Shown here piece by piece: positions 26,908 to 37,962 of a DNA stretch of 64,000 nucleotides. The DNA is taken from positions 1-64,000 of IMG/VR virus record IMGVR_UViG_3300035034_001742. One strand, written 5' to 3'. The position numbers and the translations under genes were made by a program. The stretch comes from a virus. Position 1 is the first letter of the stretch. Each line of letters opens with the position of its first letter. The notes below the pieces were generated by a model. The model did not search any database. It was given only the letters and a program-made list of their open reading frames with translations, and had not been told where the DNA came from.

Positions 26908-29900
26908 TGAATAACAACAAAGTTTTTAACAAGTTACCATCTGTATTTCAGAACGTAACACAGAGAAAGTTTTTCGATGCAACTGTCGATCAGCTGTTCT
27001 CAAAGAAAAACAGTGAAAAAATTGACGGGTACATTGGTAGACGCACCAGCGGCATATACGATCCGCAGAATGATTACTACATTCCGCAAAAGAACAAAGA
27101 GCGCACATGGTATCAGTTAGAGCCAAGTGCTGTTGTTACCAATCCGGAGACCGCTGAAAAAAGTAATTATTACTTTTACTATGATCTGATTAACCGCATT
27201 AATTCGTTAGGCGGTGTAACTGACAATCATGATAGATTGTTTCAATCGGATCAGTATTCGTACTCACCGCCTATAGACATGGACAAGTTTGTTAATTTTC
27301 AAAACTATTACTGGGTGCCAAGACGCTTTGACCCAATTGAACTGTTTGGCTTAACTGACGATTTTGTAGAAAACCAGATATTAGGTAAAACTAAATTTGT
27401 TGCTAGTGGATATTCTCAGTTTGACGATACGCCGTTACAAGACATGGTGTTTACGTCGGGCATGCGGGTAACATTTCCTGACTCGGAGTCGTACAACGAT
27501 CAATACAGCATCGATGGTGTTGGATCATCGATAAGACTGGTACGAGACGAACTTGAAATATTGTCAGCAGTTACATACAATTCTTTGCCGTGGGATGGCG
27601 ATGCAAGTGTAGGTACAGTATCTCTCAACAACACATTATGGGATAATATTCCATGGGATGCAGTCGAGCGCGAAACCACACTAGCTGACTATATTACCAT
27701 TCAAAAAGGTGCGATTAACAGTAACTTATGGTCGCGTACCAACAAGTGGTACCATATTTCTGCAATTGAGCAAACTGTTCGATTTAGCGGTAAAGTGTTC
27801 CCACAGACAGCAGAACGAGCAAGGCGCCCAATTATTGAGTTCTTTAGCAACCTCGAACTTGAAAAATCAGGTATATTCTTTTACAGCGAACTTGATTTTT
27901 ACTCAACGTCACTTACATTCAATGATGTGAACTTAAAAACGGTTGCCGAAGTAAGAACATTACTTGACTCTAACAGCGTTAACAACGGGACACGCATACT
28001 ATTCGCCAACGATGATTTTGTATTCCAGGGCATTGGCTCTAAAGTGAATACAATTGTATGGAAGGTGTTTATACTTGCAGGAATTGTGTATTTAATACCA
28101 GACAACTACAATGTGGTACGTCCGATACCGGTTGAACTATTTTATAACAGATTACCATGGGATGCCGCTAACTCAGAAGTAGATAATACACTGTGGGATG
28201 CGCTAGCGTGGGCGGCAATTGAACTCGATGACGAACAAGGCGTAAAGCGTTTGCTTGAGATCGGCGGCAACTACGTATATGACAATGCGACAGTTACGCT
28301 TCCTGAGAGTGCTAATCTTCCAATAGGCACAGAAATACGTGTGCGTGTTTCACCCGGAACCACTGCAAGAATAGAAGCATTTACACAAGCTGAATTTTTA
28401 TACAACCTAAACGGTACTCAATCGACTGAGATTGAGTTTGACGACAACGAAACTGACATCGGATTTATACTAACATCGAGAGGATGGGAATCGTTTACTA
28501 TTGTTTCGTTTGCTGACACAGCAGAAATAAATGATATTGCATTTGTTACATTTGGTGATTTACCAGTCAATGGTGGAAACAGAGGCGAAAGCTATTACTA
28601 CAATGGCACAACTTGGGTACTTGCAAGCAATCAGAAAATACGCCAGAACCAAACCCCTAAATTTGCGCTTTACGATAACAATAAAATTTCACTAACTGAT
28701 ATAAACAAATATCCGTCGAGTAACTTCGTAGGTTCGGATATATTTTCGTTTAAGGTCTCCAATGAAGCAAGTGTGCCAAATGATCCGATTCTTAGATTGC
28801 CACTTGTGTACAAGAGTTCAGCTCAAAGTTCGGACATTGTGTTCGAGAATGATTTAATAACCGATCGCTACACTTACCTATCGTCAGACAACGATGCCAT
28901 TACTGAAATATCAGGGTATTACTATTATCGTGTTGTTAGCGAAACTGATAATAGAATCGACAGTACTAACTGGGCGTTTGATAACAGCTGGTATGCAATA
29001 TCCGAAAGAACCAAACAGCGTGTGGTCGATAAGTTTGCTGTATTTGACGCAGATGTTAACGAATACCAATTAAGTGTATTTCCGATAGGCGGACGAGACG
29101 GAATTGAAGTTCAATTATCCGGAGTCAACGTCGAGGATTTCGATTACTTTGTGCAAAACAACATTCCGAGTATCAGAGTTAACCGACCACTAAATGTCAA
29201 TGACGACATCGAAGCTAAAACATACTCATCGGATAGCTTGCCTGACGATTCGCAGGGATTCTACGAAATTCCAAGAGAATTAGAATCTAATCCTGAAAAT
29301 GCCGAAGTAGGCGAATACTCGTACGGTGAGTTCGTGCCGCACTTTAGTTCAGTAATTTTCAATCAAGAAAACAACCAAGTAAACCCGAGATCTCGTGCAA
29401 ACATGTACAGAGATACAGTGCGTGACCCATCACTTGGTACTTTAATTATACAGACCAATGCATCCATGCTTAAATCTATGTTGTTTTCGGATCCTAAGGA
29501 TGTGGATGTTATTAGTGCAATACGCTATGCCAAGAACGAATATGTTAACTTCAGAAACTCATTTATAAATGAAGCGTCTCGCTACAAATACGATTTCAAT
29601 CAAGTAGATAACTTCACATTGTATAACTGGGTTTCAGAAATACTTGAAGCATCTGGTCTGTCACGAAGAACAGCAGGCGCGTTCGAAAACGCTTTCATGG
29701 TTGCTTTTGGAGATCCGACGTCTGAAGAACAGTTTGTCATAGACAGATTGTTCAACAATGGCGGTGGCCAAAGCGTTTTACTTTCCAATGTTGGACCTGG
29801 ACAATTCCGCACAATACTTAATGCTGAGCTACCGGGTGTGATATACGATTATAATCTAATTACATTATACGATAACCAAGCAGATCGAAATCTCGACCTA

Positions 29901-32900
29901 GGAACTGATTACTCACTTGAGCGTTCAGGCAGATCTGTAATAATTAGATTCGCAGAGCAATCAGGAGTAACACCTGATGGGCTTATATCGGTTGATATAC
30001 AATCTACTACATCTCAGCTAACATCTTCAATTACGGATGTTACATTACAGAACAACATATTGTATGTGTACGAAGTTGGATCAGATTTTGAGACCAACCC
30101 AGAAACAGCGCAAAAGTTATTACTTGAATCGCAAGATTACTTTGTTAGATACGAAGATGGATTGATCAATATTGACTTTCCGCAAGAAGATGGTTACCCT
30201 CAGGCAGGCAAGATTTATTATGCACGAGTATTTGCTAACAGTGACCCGGCATACATTCCTGCAACTCCTGCAAAATTAGGAATGAGCAAAGTTAATGTAC
30301 CTAGACTTGAAATAGATTCAAGTTACACATTACAGCAAGCAGTTATAGTAGGTCACGATGGTTCACGAACAATTGCGTTTGGTGACTTTGCCCGAGACGG
30401 TAACAACGATTTAATACCAGACGAAAATGGTGCTCCGTACCCAGCCGGACTTGATATTTCAGGCGGAGTTGACAACATACCGTTAACAAATTTAACTAAG
30501 TTTTATGATGTTCGTGATTTACTGTTGCTTGAACTCGAGAGACAAATATACAACAACATTCCTAGTAAGTTCAAGCTAGAATACAATTTATTACTACAAG
30601 AGTCAGACATTAGACCTAGTGCATTGGCTGTAACTGATTATTCACGCCAAGAATATTATCAGTTAGTAACAGAATCATTGTTTTCGAAGTGGACGGCCAA
30701 TAACAGACTTGATTTTAGAAAAAATGAATTCTACAACGAATTCGATTGGAGAACATGGAATTACAGTTCGTTAAATATTAAAATATGGAATGCGTTTACT
30801 AACGAAGTAGTCGAAATACCGGGAACAAAATTACCCGGATCGTGGAAAGGTATATACCTGTACTATTATGGTACCATTGAACCTCATGCTAAACCTTGGG
30901 AATGCCTTGGATTTAGCGAAGAGCCAAGCTGGTGGAGAATCACTACCCAAGCAGGATTCAACGATGGTTTCACTGGCTATGGAAATAATTTTACTGCAAT
31001 TAATACGGCACTGTGGGCCGACATCGAACAAGGCATTATACGCCGGGGTGATAGATCAGGAGTGTTAACACCTGAGCAACAACGCCGAGGATTGTTAGGT
31101 AACTGCAACTTTGATAGAACTGTGTATTTTCAAGACTTACCTAACGGACAGCGCACGTTTAGAGCACCGTACGAAGGCGTTGCAGGCACTGACAACCTAG
31201 TACCAGTTTATGATAACTCAGACAAGAAGTCAATACTTGATATTTTCAATTATCAAGACGGTGATATTGTTAACATCACTGGCGGGTGGGTATACGGTGA
31301 TTCCGGTCCGGTTGAAAACGCATGGTACAGATCATCAGAATTTTTCTTCTCGTTGCTTGAATTCTTTTACATGCTCAAGCCAGCCGCTTTCGGCGAAAAG
31401 TTTTGGGATCCCGAGAGCATAGATTTTGTCGGTGATCAGTTTATTGATGTCAGAACTGGCTTCCGTCCAGTGAACAGTACTCAATTAGTGCATGCCGAAG
31501 TAGACGATGGCGAAACCGTTGTACGCTCAGGATATCAGCAATATATCTCGGATTACTTGATTTTCAACAATGTTGACATCAGGACCAATGTCGGCGATAA
31601 GGTAAGAGGACTCGGAGTACAGCTAGCACATAAAATAGGCGGGTTTACCAACCGTGATAGATTAAAACTTTACCTTGAATCAGTATCAAGCACCGATCAA
31701 GGATCGCTGTTGGTACCGTCGGATAACTTTGATGTTGCACTATACACCGGCGCTCCGATTAGAAGTTATGCATACTCAGGTGTGTTAATTAATGTTAACG
31801 ATGATTCGACGTTCACTGTTTACGGTTACGACCTCATATCGCAAGAGTTTAAAGTATTGCCTGCTAAGTCAAACAGCAAGCAAGTTAGAATAAATGAAGG
31901 CGGTACGCCAGAGTCATTTACCGAGTTTGATTTCGGTAAAAGATATATCGAAGGACAACTTGTGAGATATGAAGGAATCTTTTATCGTGCAAACAGTTCT
32001 TTAATTGCAAATAGTTTTGTATCTGGTGATTGGGTACGTTTACCAGGGCTACCTACATCAGGTGGTCTTTCAGTTGTGTATCGTCCAGATAGAACACAAG
32101 ACTTTCAGCGCGTGGCTTACGGTACTAGATTGACATCAGTGCAAGACGTATATGACTTCATGATTGGCTACGGTGCCCACTTAGAAAGCGAAGGCTGGAA
32201 ATATGATACAATTGACATATACGGCAAAGTAGATAACTGGAAGACTGCCGCCGGCAAGTTCTTGTTTTGGGCAACCAACAACTGGGAAACCAACAATGCA
32301 CTTGCACTGAGCCCGAATGCAACTAATATCACCCTCGAAGTCGAAGACGGTTACCCGGATAACGTGGAACGTCTTACTAATGGTGTATACAGCATATTAG
32401 ACAAAGATGGCTTTGCAATTGCACCAGAAAACACCATAATACAGCGAGACGGCAAGAAGATTACCATTACACCCGTTAATGATGGCGAAGGCGTGTTCTA
32501 TTTGCGTGTTAATGCAAGCGAAACAGAGCACATTGTGATAGTAGACAAGTTAACCGACTTCAATGATACCATATACGACCCAGTGCTAAACACTAGACAA
32601 TCGCGCCTGCGCTTTTCTGGGACCAGAACACTAGATTGGACAGGTAAATTAGAAGCACCGGGTTATTTAGTACAGGGCAATGACTTATTGCCTAACTTAG
32701 AAACGTTAACTGAAAACCTTAGAAACTTGTACGACGAAAACTCAGTCGATGATAACGAAGACTTCGAAAATGCGGCAAGGCACTTAATTGGGTTTGAAAA
32801 CAGAGCGTACTTGGATGCACTTAACGTTACTGATCAAGCACAGTTTAACTTCTACCAGGGATTTGTTGCTGAAAAAGGCACAGCCAATGCAATTGATAAA

Positions 32901-35900
32901 CTGTTAAGATCAAGTAGCATAAATGATAAAGATAAAATATCATATTACGAAGACTGGGCATTCAAAAGCAGTAACTTCGGTGCAACCACAAACGATATAA
33001 GCATCGAGATATTGTCCCAAAGAGATAAAATTAAGTCAGATCCGCAAATCTATAGACTAAACTACAGTTTACGCGACACTGGTTCGATATCGTTAATTGC
33101 TATTTACAGTGCAGAAGAAATATACAGTTCGGTACCGACCGTAACAATCGATCCGCCGACTGGAAACACTGGCACACCAGCGACAGCAATTGCAGTACTG
33201 AACAGTGCTAGACGCATTGAAAGAATCGAAATTACAAATAAAGGTGCAGGATATACGTCGAGACCAACTATAAGAATCGGAGAAGGTCAAGAAACACAAA
33301 ACTTAATCATACGCAACAATAGTACATTCGATCCAGTGACATTGCTTCCTGTTAACACTGATATTGCGTATGCAACTATTCAGCGTACGGTGATCAAAGA
33401 CAATCCAAGAGATCAGATAATCGATATAGATAGTGATGATACAACTCGTTGGATCAGTAAGCCAACAGGTGTTAACTTTGAAAACAGCGTACCCACTATT
33501 GTAGAAGCAGTAAATGGGTTACCAACTGCTGGTAATGTTCATCGTGATGATGTTGACCATGCTGTTTACAGTGATGTATCTCCGTTGTGGGATACTAGAT
33601 TAGATGCAAGACCTAGCATAAATGACACAATATGGGTAGCACAGTCGCCATCGTCTAAATGGGCAGTTTACAAAGTTGCAGAGCGAGAAGTGGTCGAATC
33701 TGCATTGCAAACATTAATGATTTCACAGGCATTAGATTATGATCCTAGCACAGTCGAAGCAATATTTAACATAATGTCGATCGACCTACATGATCAATTT
33801 AGCGAAAATAGTTTCATCAGTAATAGAAATCGCTATCCTGCATGTGTTGTCGGTATAGATGATACAAGCGGCGACTATGTTGCGCAAGAAACTACTTTAA
33901 TAACCGAATTATTAGGTGCCAATGGCACAACCGATAAACTATTATTAACTGCAAAGCGTATATCGGAAACTCAGTATCAGTTGTTTGATGCTAACGACGA
34001 ACCGGTTACGCTCGATGTGTTTTTCAGCAACAACGAAGTTCCGGTTGAATATGTTGTTAAGTTTAGCACATTTGTTAACTTGCGTTTCTCGACACAGAGT
34101 GCAGTAACTGAGTACGCCGGTGACGAAATAATCGATTCTGACTTAGTGTGGATTGACAACAACGGAAACGACAAATGGATAGTTGCTGAATATAGTAGCG
34201 TCGAATTAGACGTGTTGCATCGCAAACAACAACCCCTTATTGACACTGATCTTTACGAAAACATTTATTTGCGTGAAAGAAAGTCAGGCAAAACAATTGC
34301 ACAGTTACCAGTCTACGATCCGGTAAAAGGCATACTGTTCGGCAGTGTCGAAAAGAACGTATCATACAAAACGCCATCTGATCCTGCAAAATACCAAGCA
34401 GGCGGAAACCGAGGACGCACATTCGGTGCACAAGAAGTTGGTCGCGTGTGGTTAGACACATCAACTCTTAGATTTGTTGATTATGAGCAACCACCGGTAT
34501 TAACAGGTGATAGAGCTCAGGCAGTTAGCGATATAATAGAATACAGACGTGATAACTGGGGCAGAGTGTTTGACGGATCGCCAATTGATGTGTATGAATG
34601 GGTCGAAAGTGAAACACCTCCGCTCAATTACAGAGGCAACGGTTCGCCACGCAACACCACAGACTTTATAGAAGATCGCACATACGATTCGTTCAATGAC
34701 GAATCTGAAGTGACATACTTCTTTTGGGTCACCGGCAAAACTGAATTCCCTGCAACCGCACAGAATCGTTCCATGTCAACTACGGAAATTGCCAACACCA
34801 TACGTAACCCAGGCAAGCAAGGCATACAATACTTTGCTCCGATACAGTTCAGTGCAACCAATCAGTCGTTTATTATAGCAAACGCAGACAGCTTGCTCAG
34901 TAACCGAAATTGTGTAATACAGTTGAATTACAGACAGACAGAAAGTGATAATGTAACGCACGACGAGTGGTTGTTATTGCGCGAAGGTGATAGATTTTCT
35001 AAAGTGCCAGATAGACTGTGGGACAAGATGGTAGACTCATTGATTGGATTTACCAAACCGTTACCAGCAGGCGATTATGAAAATGGAATACCGTTTAACG
35101 AAAACGGTGAGTCGATTGTACTTCCGGTACCGTCTACCAGTTTAAGCGAAGATCAGAAATACGGTCTTGGCATTAGACCACAGCAATCCATGTTCACGGA
35201 TGACACTGAAGCAAGACGAATAATTGTTACTAAACTTAACAGCATGATCGAAAGATTGCGCTTTTGGGAATCACCATTGCTAGGTTGGGATGCCGATATT
35301 ACCACCAGTGAATACTGGGGAAATGTAGACTGGTTTGCTGATGGATTTGATAGACTTAATTCCAGAACAAATAGACAAGTTGAGACATTGCAAGCATTGC
35401 TTGGTATAATCGGCACACTAGAAGATGGAGACTTGATAAGAGTGTATCCGTTTAATCCCGATCTATTAATTGATAAATCGGAAGTATACATATATGACTC
35501 AAGCATTAATAATGTGAGACTAATTGCTAGACAAGATGGTGCTGTTAGAATTAACGATAGCATTGTTGAAAACGGTTCGAGCAGAACAGCCAAGTCAGAG
35601 TTACGACAGTTGCTCAATGAACTTAAAGCCAACGTGTTTGTTGCGAGCAATGAAGTTATGCAAAACCAGTTGTTCTTTACTGCGGTGAACTTTGTGGTAA
35701 GCGAACAGAAGGCGTTGGACTGGTTGTTTAAAACATCGTACATCACCTTTGTGCAAGATGGGTTAGCACTTGACCAGGCCAAATTCTTCCAGCCAGACTT
35801 GTTTGATGACTTTCTTGATTACGTGCGCGAGGCAAAACCTTATCACACCAAAATTAGAGATAGCATAATTATTATCACATATGAGTCGCCAGAAGAAACG

Positions 35901-37157
35901 GCAGACGGAACGGCTTTTGATAACTTCATAGGAGACTATGCTTGTGCAAACGGTGTGTGCTCAGGCAGTGTCGAAACCTACCTTAGAGAAATGATTATTA
36001 AAATTGAGTTTGCTCGCACAGGTGAAAACAGTTTAATAATTGACCCCAACCGTAACGGAACAGCTGACCCGACTAGAGTATGGGACAAGCCCGGCACACG
36101 CTGGGACGAAGAGAACTCATTGTGGGATAAGACACTTATTGTGGGCGGTCTGATAGATGCACAGGAAAATTCACCTGTAATTTACAGCTCGGAGCCAGCC
36201 ACAGATGAGCTAGTGTATATTGATCCAGCTGAAACGCTAATAATTGATACGTTCACGTCAGTTTCTCCAGCTGGTAATGATTATTGGGATATAAATAGAT
36301 GGGACAGTGCAAACGGATACGACGAATTGCCAAACCTTGTATTGGCTCAAGAAGTTGCATACAAAATGCACATTCGCAAATACGGCATTGAGTTTGGAGA
36401 ATTCACAGCAAACGCACAAAACACAAGCGCCGAATTAGTTTCGTATTTGCCACCATCACGTTTTGTGCCTAGAGTCACAATTGTTGGCAACGGTAGTTTT
36501 GCCGAGGTGTCTGTTAACAGCATCGACGAAAACGGTGGCATAGCTGAGTTAGAAGTTACATCACCGGGTTTTGGGTATGTAACTGCTCAACTCGATATTG
36601 ACCACCCAAGCGGCACTGGCTTTGCTGGCACGGTTACTATTCTAAATGGATTTGTAACCGCTGTTACTATAACCAATCCAGGATCAGGTTACTCATATTT
36701 CTTTGATAATGGACAGGTTAACAGTATTGAAATCACAAAAGAACCATCGTTTTTGTCTGTATCAATAGAAAACCAAATGTGGATAGGCAACGAACTAATA
36801 ACATACAGTAATGTGAACGACAATGGCGAAACACTAATTGTAACAGGAATACAGCGTGGACAAAAAGGAACCGGGATAATGGAACATCAACCTGGTGTAA
36901 CGATATTCACGGGATCTGATTTCTTGCCCGATCCATTACTTGCAAAAAATAATGTACCAGGCGCCGATGCGCTACTTACTAACAGCGATCAGTACACTAC
37001 TATTGTAAGACGATACGACAATCGTCAAGTAAGAGTACCTAACTGTAATCCATGGTTTAGAAGAGCAAGTCAAGATAATACCAAGTTTGTTGCCAATTCA
37101 GCCGCGGCCAACTACTTGTTAGCAAACGGAACAGGCACATATCCAGGATTTGGATAA
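26907..37157 (+). CDS. Giant baseplate wedge/structural protein (gp7-like), 3416 aa
   Basis: Follows gp6. Motifs PIDMDKFVNFQNYYW, KGT.NAIDKL, EAKPYHTKIR; ITNxGxGY beta modules; a CBM-like segment. Confidence 0.75.
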   Translation: MNNNKVFNKLPSVFQNVTQRKFFDATVDQLFSKKNSEKIDGYIGRRTSGIYDPQNDYYIPQKNKERTWYQLEPSAVVTNPETAEKSNYYFYYDLINRINSLGGVTDNHDRLFQSDQYSYSPPIDMDKFVNFQNYYWVPRRFDPIELFGLTDDFVENQILGKTKFVASGYSQFDDTPLQDMVFTSGMRVTFPDSESYNDQYSIDGVGSSIRLVRDELEILSAVTYNSLPWDGDASVGTVSLNNTLWDNIPWDAVERETTLADYITIQKGAINSNLWSRTNKWYHISAIEQTVRFSGKVFPQTAERARRPIIEFFSNLELEKSGIFFYSELDFYSTSLTFNDVNLKTVAEVRTLLDSNSVNNGTRILFANDDFVFQGIGSKVNTIVWKVFILAGIVYLIPDNYNVVRPIPVELFYNRLPWDAANSEVDNTLWDALAWAAIELDDEQGVKRLLEIGGNYVYDNATVTLPESANLPIGTEIRVRVSPGTTARIEAFTQAEFLYNLNGTQSTEIEFDDNETDIGFILTSRGWESFTIVSFADTAEINDIAFVTFGDLPVNGGNRGESYYYNGTTWVLASNQKIRQNQTPKFALYDNNKISLTDINKYPSSNFVGSDIFSFKVSNEASVPNDPILRLPLVYKSSAQSSDIVFENDLITDRYTYLSSDNDAITEISGYYYYRVVSETDNRIDSTNWAFDNSWYAISERTKQRVVDKFAVFDADVNEYQLSVFPIGGRDGIEVQLSGVNVEDFDYFVQNNIPSIRVNRPLNVNDDIEAKTYSSDSLPDDSQGFYEIPRELESNPENAEVGEYSYGEFVPHFSSVIFNQENNQVNPRSRANMYRDTVRDPSLGTLIIQTNASMLKSMLFSDPKDVDVISAIRYAKNEYVNFRNSFINEASRYKYDFNQVDNFTLYNWVSEILEASGLSRRTAGAFENAFMVAFGDPTSEEQFVIDRLFNNGGGQSVLLSNVGPGQFRTILNAELPGVIYDYNLITLYDNQADRNLDLGTDYSLERSGRSVIIRFAEQSGVTPDGLISVDIQSTTSQLTSSITDVTLQNNILYVYEVGSDFETNPETAQKLLLESQDYFVRYEDGLINIDFPQEDGYPQAGKIYYARVFANSDPAYIPATPAKLGMSKVNVPRLEIDSSYTLQQAVIVGHDGSRTIAFGDFARDGNNDLIPDENGAPYPAGLDISGGVDNIPLTNLTKFYDVRDLLLLELERQIYNNIPSKFKLEYNLLLQESDIRPSALAVTDYSRQEYYQLVTESLFSKWTANNRLDFRKNEFYNEFDWRTWNYSSLNIKIWNAFTNEVVEIPGTKLPGSWKGIYLYYYGTIEPHAKPWECLGFSEEPSWWRITTQAGFNDGFTGYGNNFTAINTALWADIEQGIIRRGDRSGVLTPEQQRRGLLGNCNFDRTVYFQDLPNGQRTFRAPYEGVAGTDNLVPVYDNSDKKSILDIFNYQDGDIVNITGGWVYGDSGPVENAWYRSSEFFFSLLEFFYMLKPAAFGEKFWDPESIDFVGDQFIDVRTGFRPVNSTQLVHAEVDDGETVVRSGYQQYISDYLIFNNVDIRTNVGDKVRGLGVQLAHKIGGFTNRDRLKLYLESVSSTDQGSLLVPSDNFDVALYTGAPIRSYAYSGVLINVNDDSTFTVYGYDLISQEFKVLPAKSNSKQVRINEGGTPESFTEFDFGKRYIEGQLVRYEGIFYRANSSLIANSFVSGDWVRLPGLPTSGGLSVVYRPDRTQDFQRVAYGTRLTSVQDVYDFMIGYGAHLESEGWKYDTIDIYGKVDNWKTAAGKFLFWATNNWETNNALALSPNATNITLEVEDGYPDNVERLTNGVYSILDKDGFAIAPENTIIQRDGKKITITPVNDGEGVFYLRVNASETEHIVIVDKLTDFNDTIYDPVLNTRQSRLRFSGTRTLDWTGKLEAPGYLVQGNDLLPNLETLTENLRNLYDENSVDDNEDFENAARHLIGFENRAYLDALNVTDQAQFNFYQGFVAEKGTANAIDKLLRSSSINDKDKISYYEDWAFKSSNFGATTNDISIEILSQRDKIKSDPQIYRLNYSLRDTGSISLIAIYSAEEIYSSVPTVTIDPPTGNTGTPATAIAVLNSARRIERIEITNKGAGYTSRPTIRIGEGQETQNLIIRNNSTFDPVTLLPVNTDIAYATIQRTVIKDNPRDQIIDIDSDDTTRWISKPTGVNFENSVPTIVEAVNGLPTAGNVHRDDVDHAVYSDVSPLWDTRLDARPSINDTIWVAQSPSSKWAVYKVAEREVVESALQTLMISQALDYDPSTVEAIFNIMSIDLHDQFSENSFISNRNRYPACVVGIDDTSGDYVAQETTLITELLGANGTTDKLLLTAKRISETQYQLFDANDEPVTLDVFFSNNEVPVEYVVKFSTFVNLRFSTQSAVTEYAGDEIIDSDLVWIDNNGNDKWIVAEYSSVELDVLHRKQQPLIDTDLYENIYLRERKSGKTIAQLPVYDPVKGILFGSVEKNVSYKTPSDPAKYQAGGNRGRTFGAQEVGRVWLDTSTLRFVDYEQPPVLTGDRAQAVSDIIEYRRDNWGRVFDGSPIDVYEWVESETPPLNYRGNGSPRNTTDFIEDRTYDSFNDESEVTYFFWVTGKTEFPATAQNRSMSTTEIANTIRNPGKQGIQYFAPIQFSATNQSFIIANADSLLSNRNCVIQLNYRQTESDNVTHDEWLLLREGDRFSKVPDRLWDKMVDSLIGFTKPLPAGDYENGIPFNENGESIVLPVPSTSLSEDQKYGLGIRPQQSMFTDDTEARRIIVTKLNSMIERLRFWESPLLGWDADITTSEYWGNVDWFADGFDRLNSRTNRQVETLQALLGIIGTLEDGDLIRVYPFNPDLLIDKSEVYIYDSSINNVRLIARQDGAVRINDSIVENGSSRTAKSELRQLLNELKANVFVASNEVMQNQLFFTAVNFVVSEQKALDWLFKTSYITFVQDGLALDQAKFFQPDLFDDFLDYVREAKPYHTKIRDSIIIITYESPEETADGTAFDNFIGDYACANGVCSGSVETYLREMIIKIEFARTGENSLIIDPNRNGTADPTRVWDKPGTRWDEENSLWDKTLIVGGLIDAQENSPVIYSSEPATDELVYIDPAETLIIDTFTSVSPAGNDYWDINRWDSANGYDELPNLVLAQEVAYKMHIRKYGIEFGEFTANAQNTSAELVSYLPPSRFVPRVTIVGNGSFAEVSVNSIDENGGIAELEVTSPGFGYVTAQLDIDHPSGTGFAGTVTILNGFVTAVTITNPGSGYSYFFDNGQVNSIEITKEPSFLSVSIENQMWIGNELITYSNVNDNGETLIVTGIQRGQKGTGIMEHQPGVTIFTGSDFLPDPLLAKNNVPGADALLTNSDQYTTIVRRYDNRQVRVPNCNPWFRRASQDNTKFVANSAAANYLLANGTGTYPGFG

Positions 37158-37170
37158 GGGGTATTTTTAG

Positions 37171-37290
37171 ATGATAAATAAAGCAAGTAATAAAAAGAAA
37201 CCAGATGATCATGCGGTGTGCGATGCTATTGCACACCTTGTCATAAAAGATAAAGATACTGGTAAAATAATCGTTAACAGAAGAGGATAA
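37171..37290 (+). CDS. 39-aa small virion protein (not in ORF track)
   Basis: MINKASNKKKPDDHAVCDAIAHLVIKDKDTGKIIVNRRG; similar to the N-terminus of the next ORF (HITIADAETGDILVDK). Confidence 0.6.
   Translation: MINKASNKKKPDDHAVCDAIAHLVIKDKDTGKIIVNRRG
37173..37180 (+). promoter_or_regulatory. Late promoter GATAAATA
   Basis: Context matches the 17199-17218 site at 19/20 positions. Confidence 0.7.
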
Positions 37291-37291
37291 G

Positions 37292-37960
37292 ATGTTCGAT
37301 ACAAGCACAGCGAATATCAAAGGACATATCACTATTGCCGATGCAGAGACAGGTGATATTTTAGTCGACAAGCCAAATGCAATACATTTTGGTAACATCT
37401 CGACTAAAATTGCAGAAGCATTAATTGGTAAGCCTTCGTCGTTTATTGCCTACATGGCGTTTGGAAACGGCGGTGTTACTGTGGATAACACAGGACAGAT
37501 TATCTACAATGAGCCCAATGTTAGCAATACAAAAGTACCTTCGGCACAATTGTATAACACTGCATTTGTCTACGAGATAAAGAATTATAACGCAGACAAC
37601 CAAAGTAACGCAACACGCGATGCGAACACCGGCGGCGGCGTCAACAACTACGAAGATATCACAATAGTAGTTACACTGACCAGCGACATGCCCAACAATC
37701 AAATGCTGATTGATATTGCCGATGGCTCAAACGGTGAAACAGCAACCAATACAGATTTTGTGTTTAATGAAATAGCATTATACACCGGTCTTAAAAACAA
37801 GGGTAATTTAACCGACCCTAGCGATATAACTGGGTTCTTAACAGATACGTCTGATGTTAGACCGACAATGATAACTCATGTTGTGTTTCACCCAGTTCAA
37901 AAATCACAAAACAGAACACTTGAAATAACATATAAATTACGAATACAGATGGGAAGTTAA
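37292..37960 (+). CDS. Baseplate/fibre-attachment structural protein
   Basis: Motifs NAIHFGN, MAFGNGG, FVFNEIAL, THVVFHPVQKS.NR..EI.Y.LRIQ; structural operon context. Confidence 0.65.
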   Translation: MFDTSTANIKGHITIADAETGDILVDKPNAIHFGNISTKIAEALIGKPSSFIAYMAFGNGGVTVDNTGQIIYNEPNVSNTKVPSAQLYNTAFVYEIKNYNADNQSNATRDANTGGGVNNYEDITIVVTLTSDMPNNQMLIDIADGSNGETATNTDFVFNEIALYTGLKNKGNLTDPSDITGFLTDTSDVRPTMITHVVFHPVQKSQNRTLEITYKLRIQMGS

Positions 37961-37962
37961 GC

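Noticed and set aside
35153-35782. 209-aa antisense ORF in the giant baseplate gene
   Set aside because: Fully nested antisense shadow with no motif.
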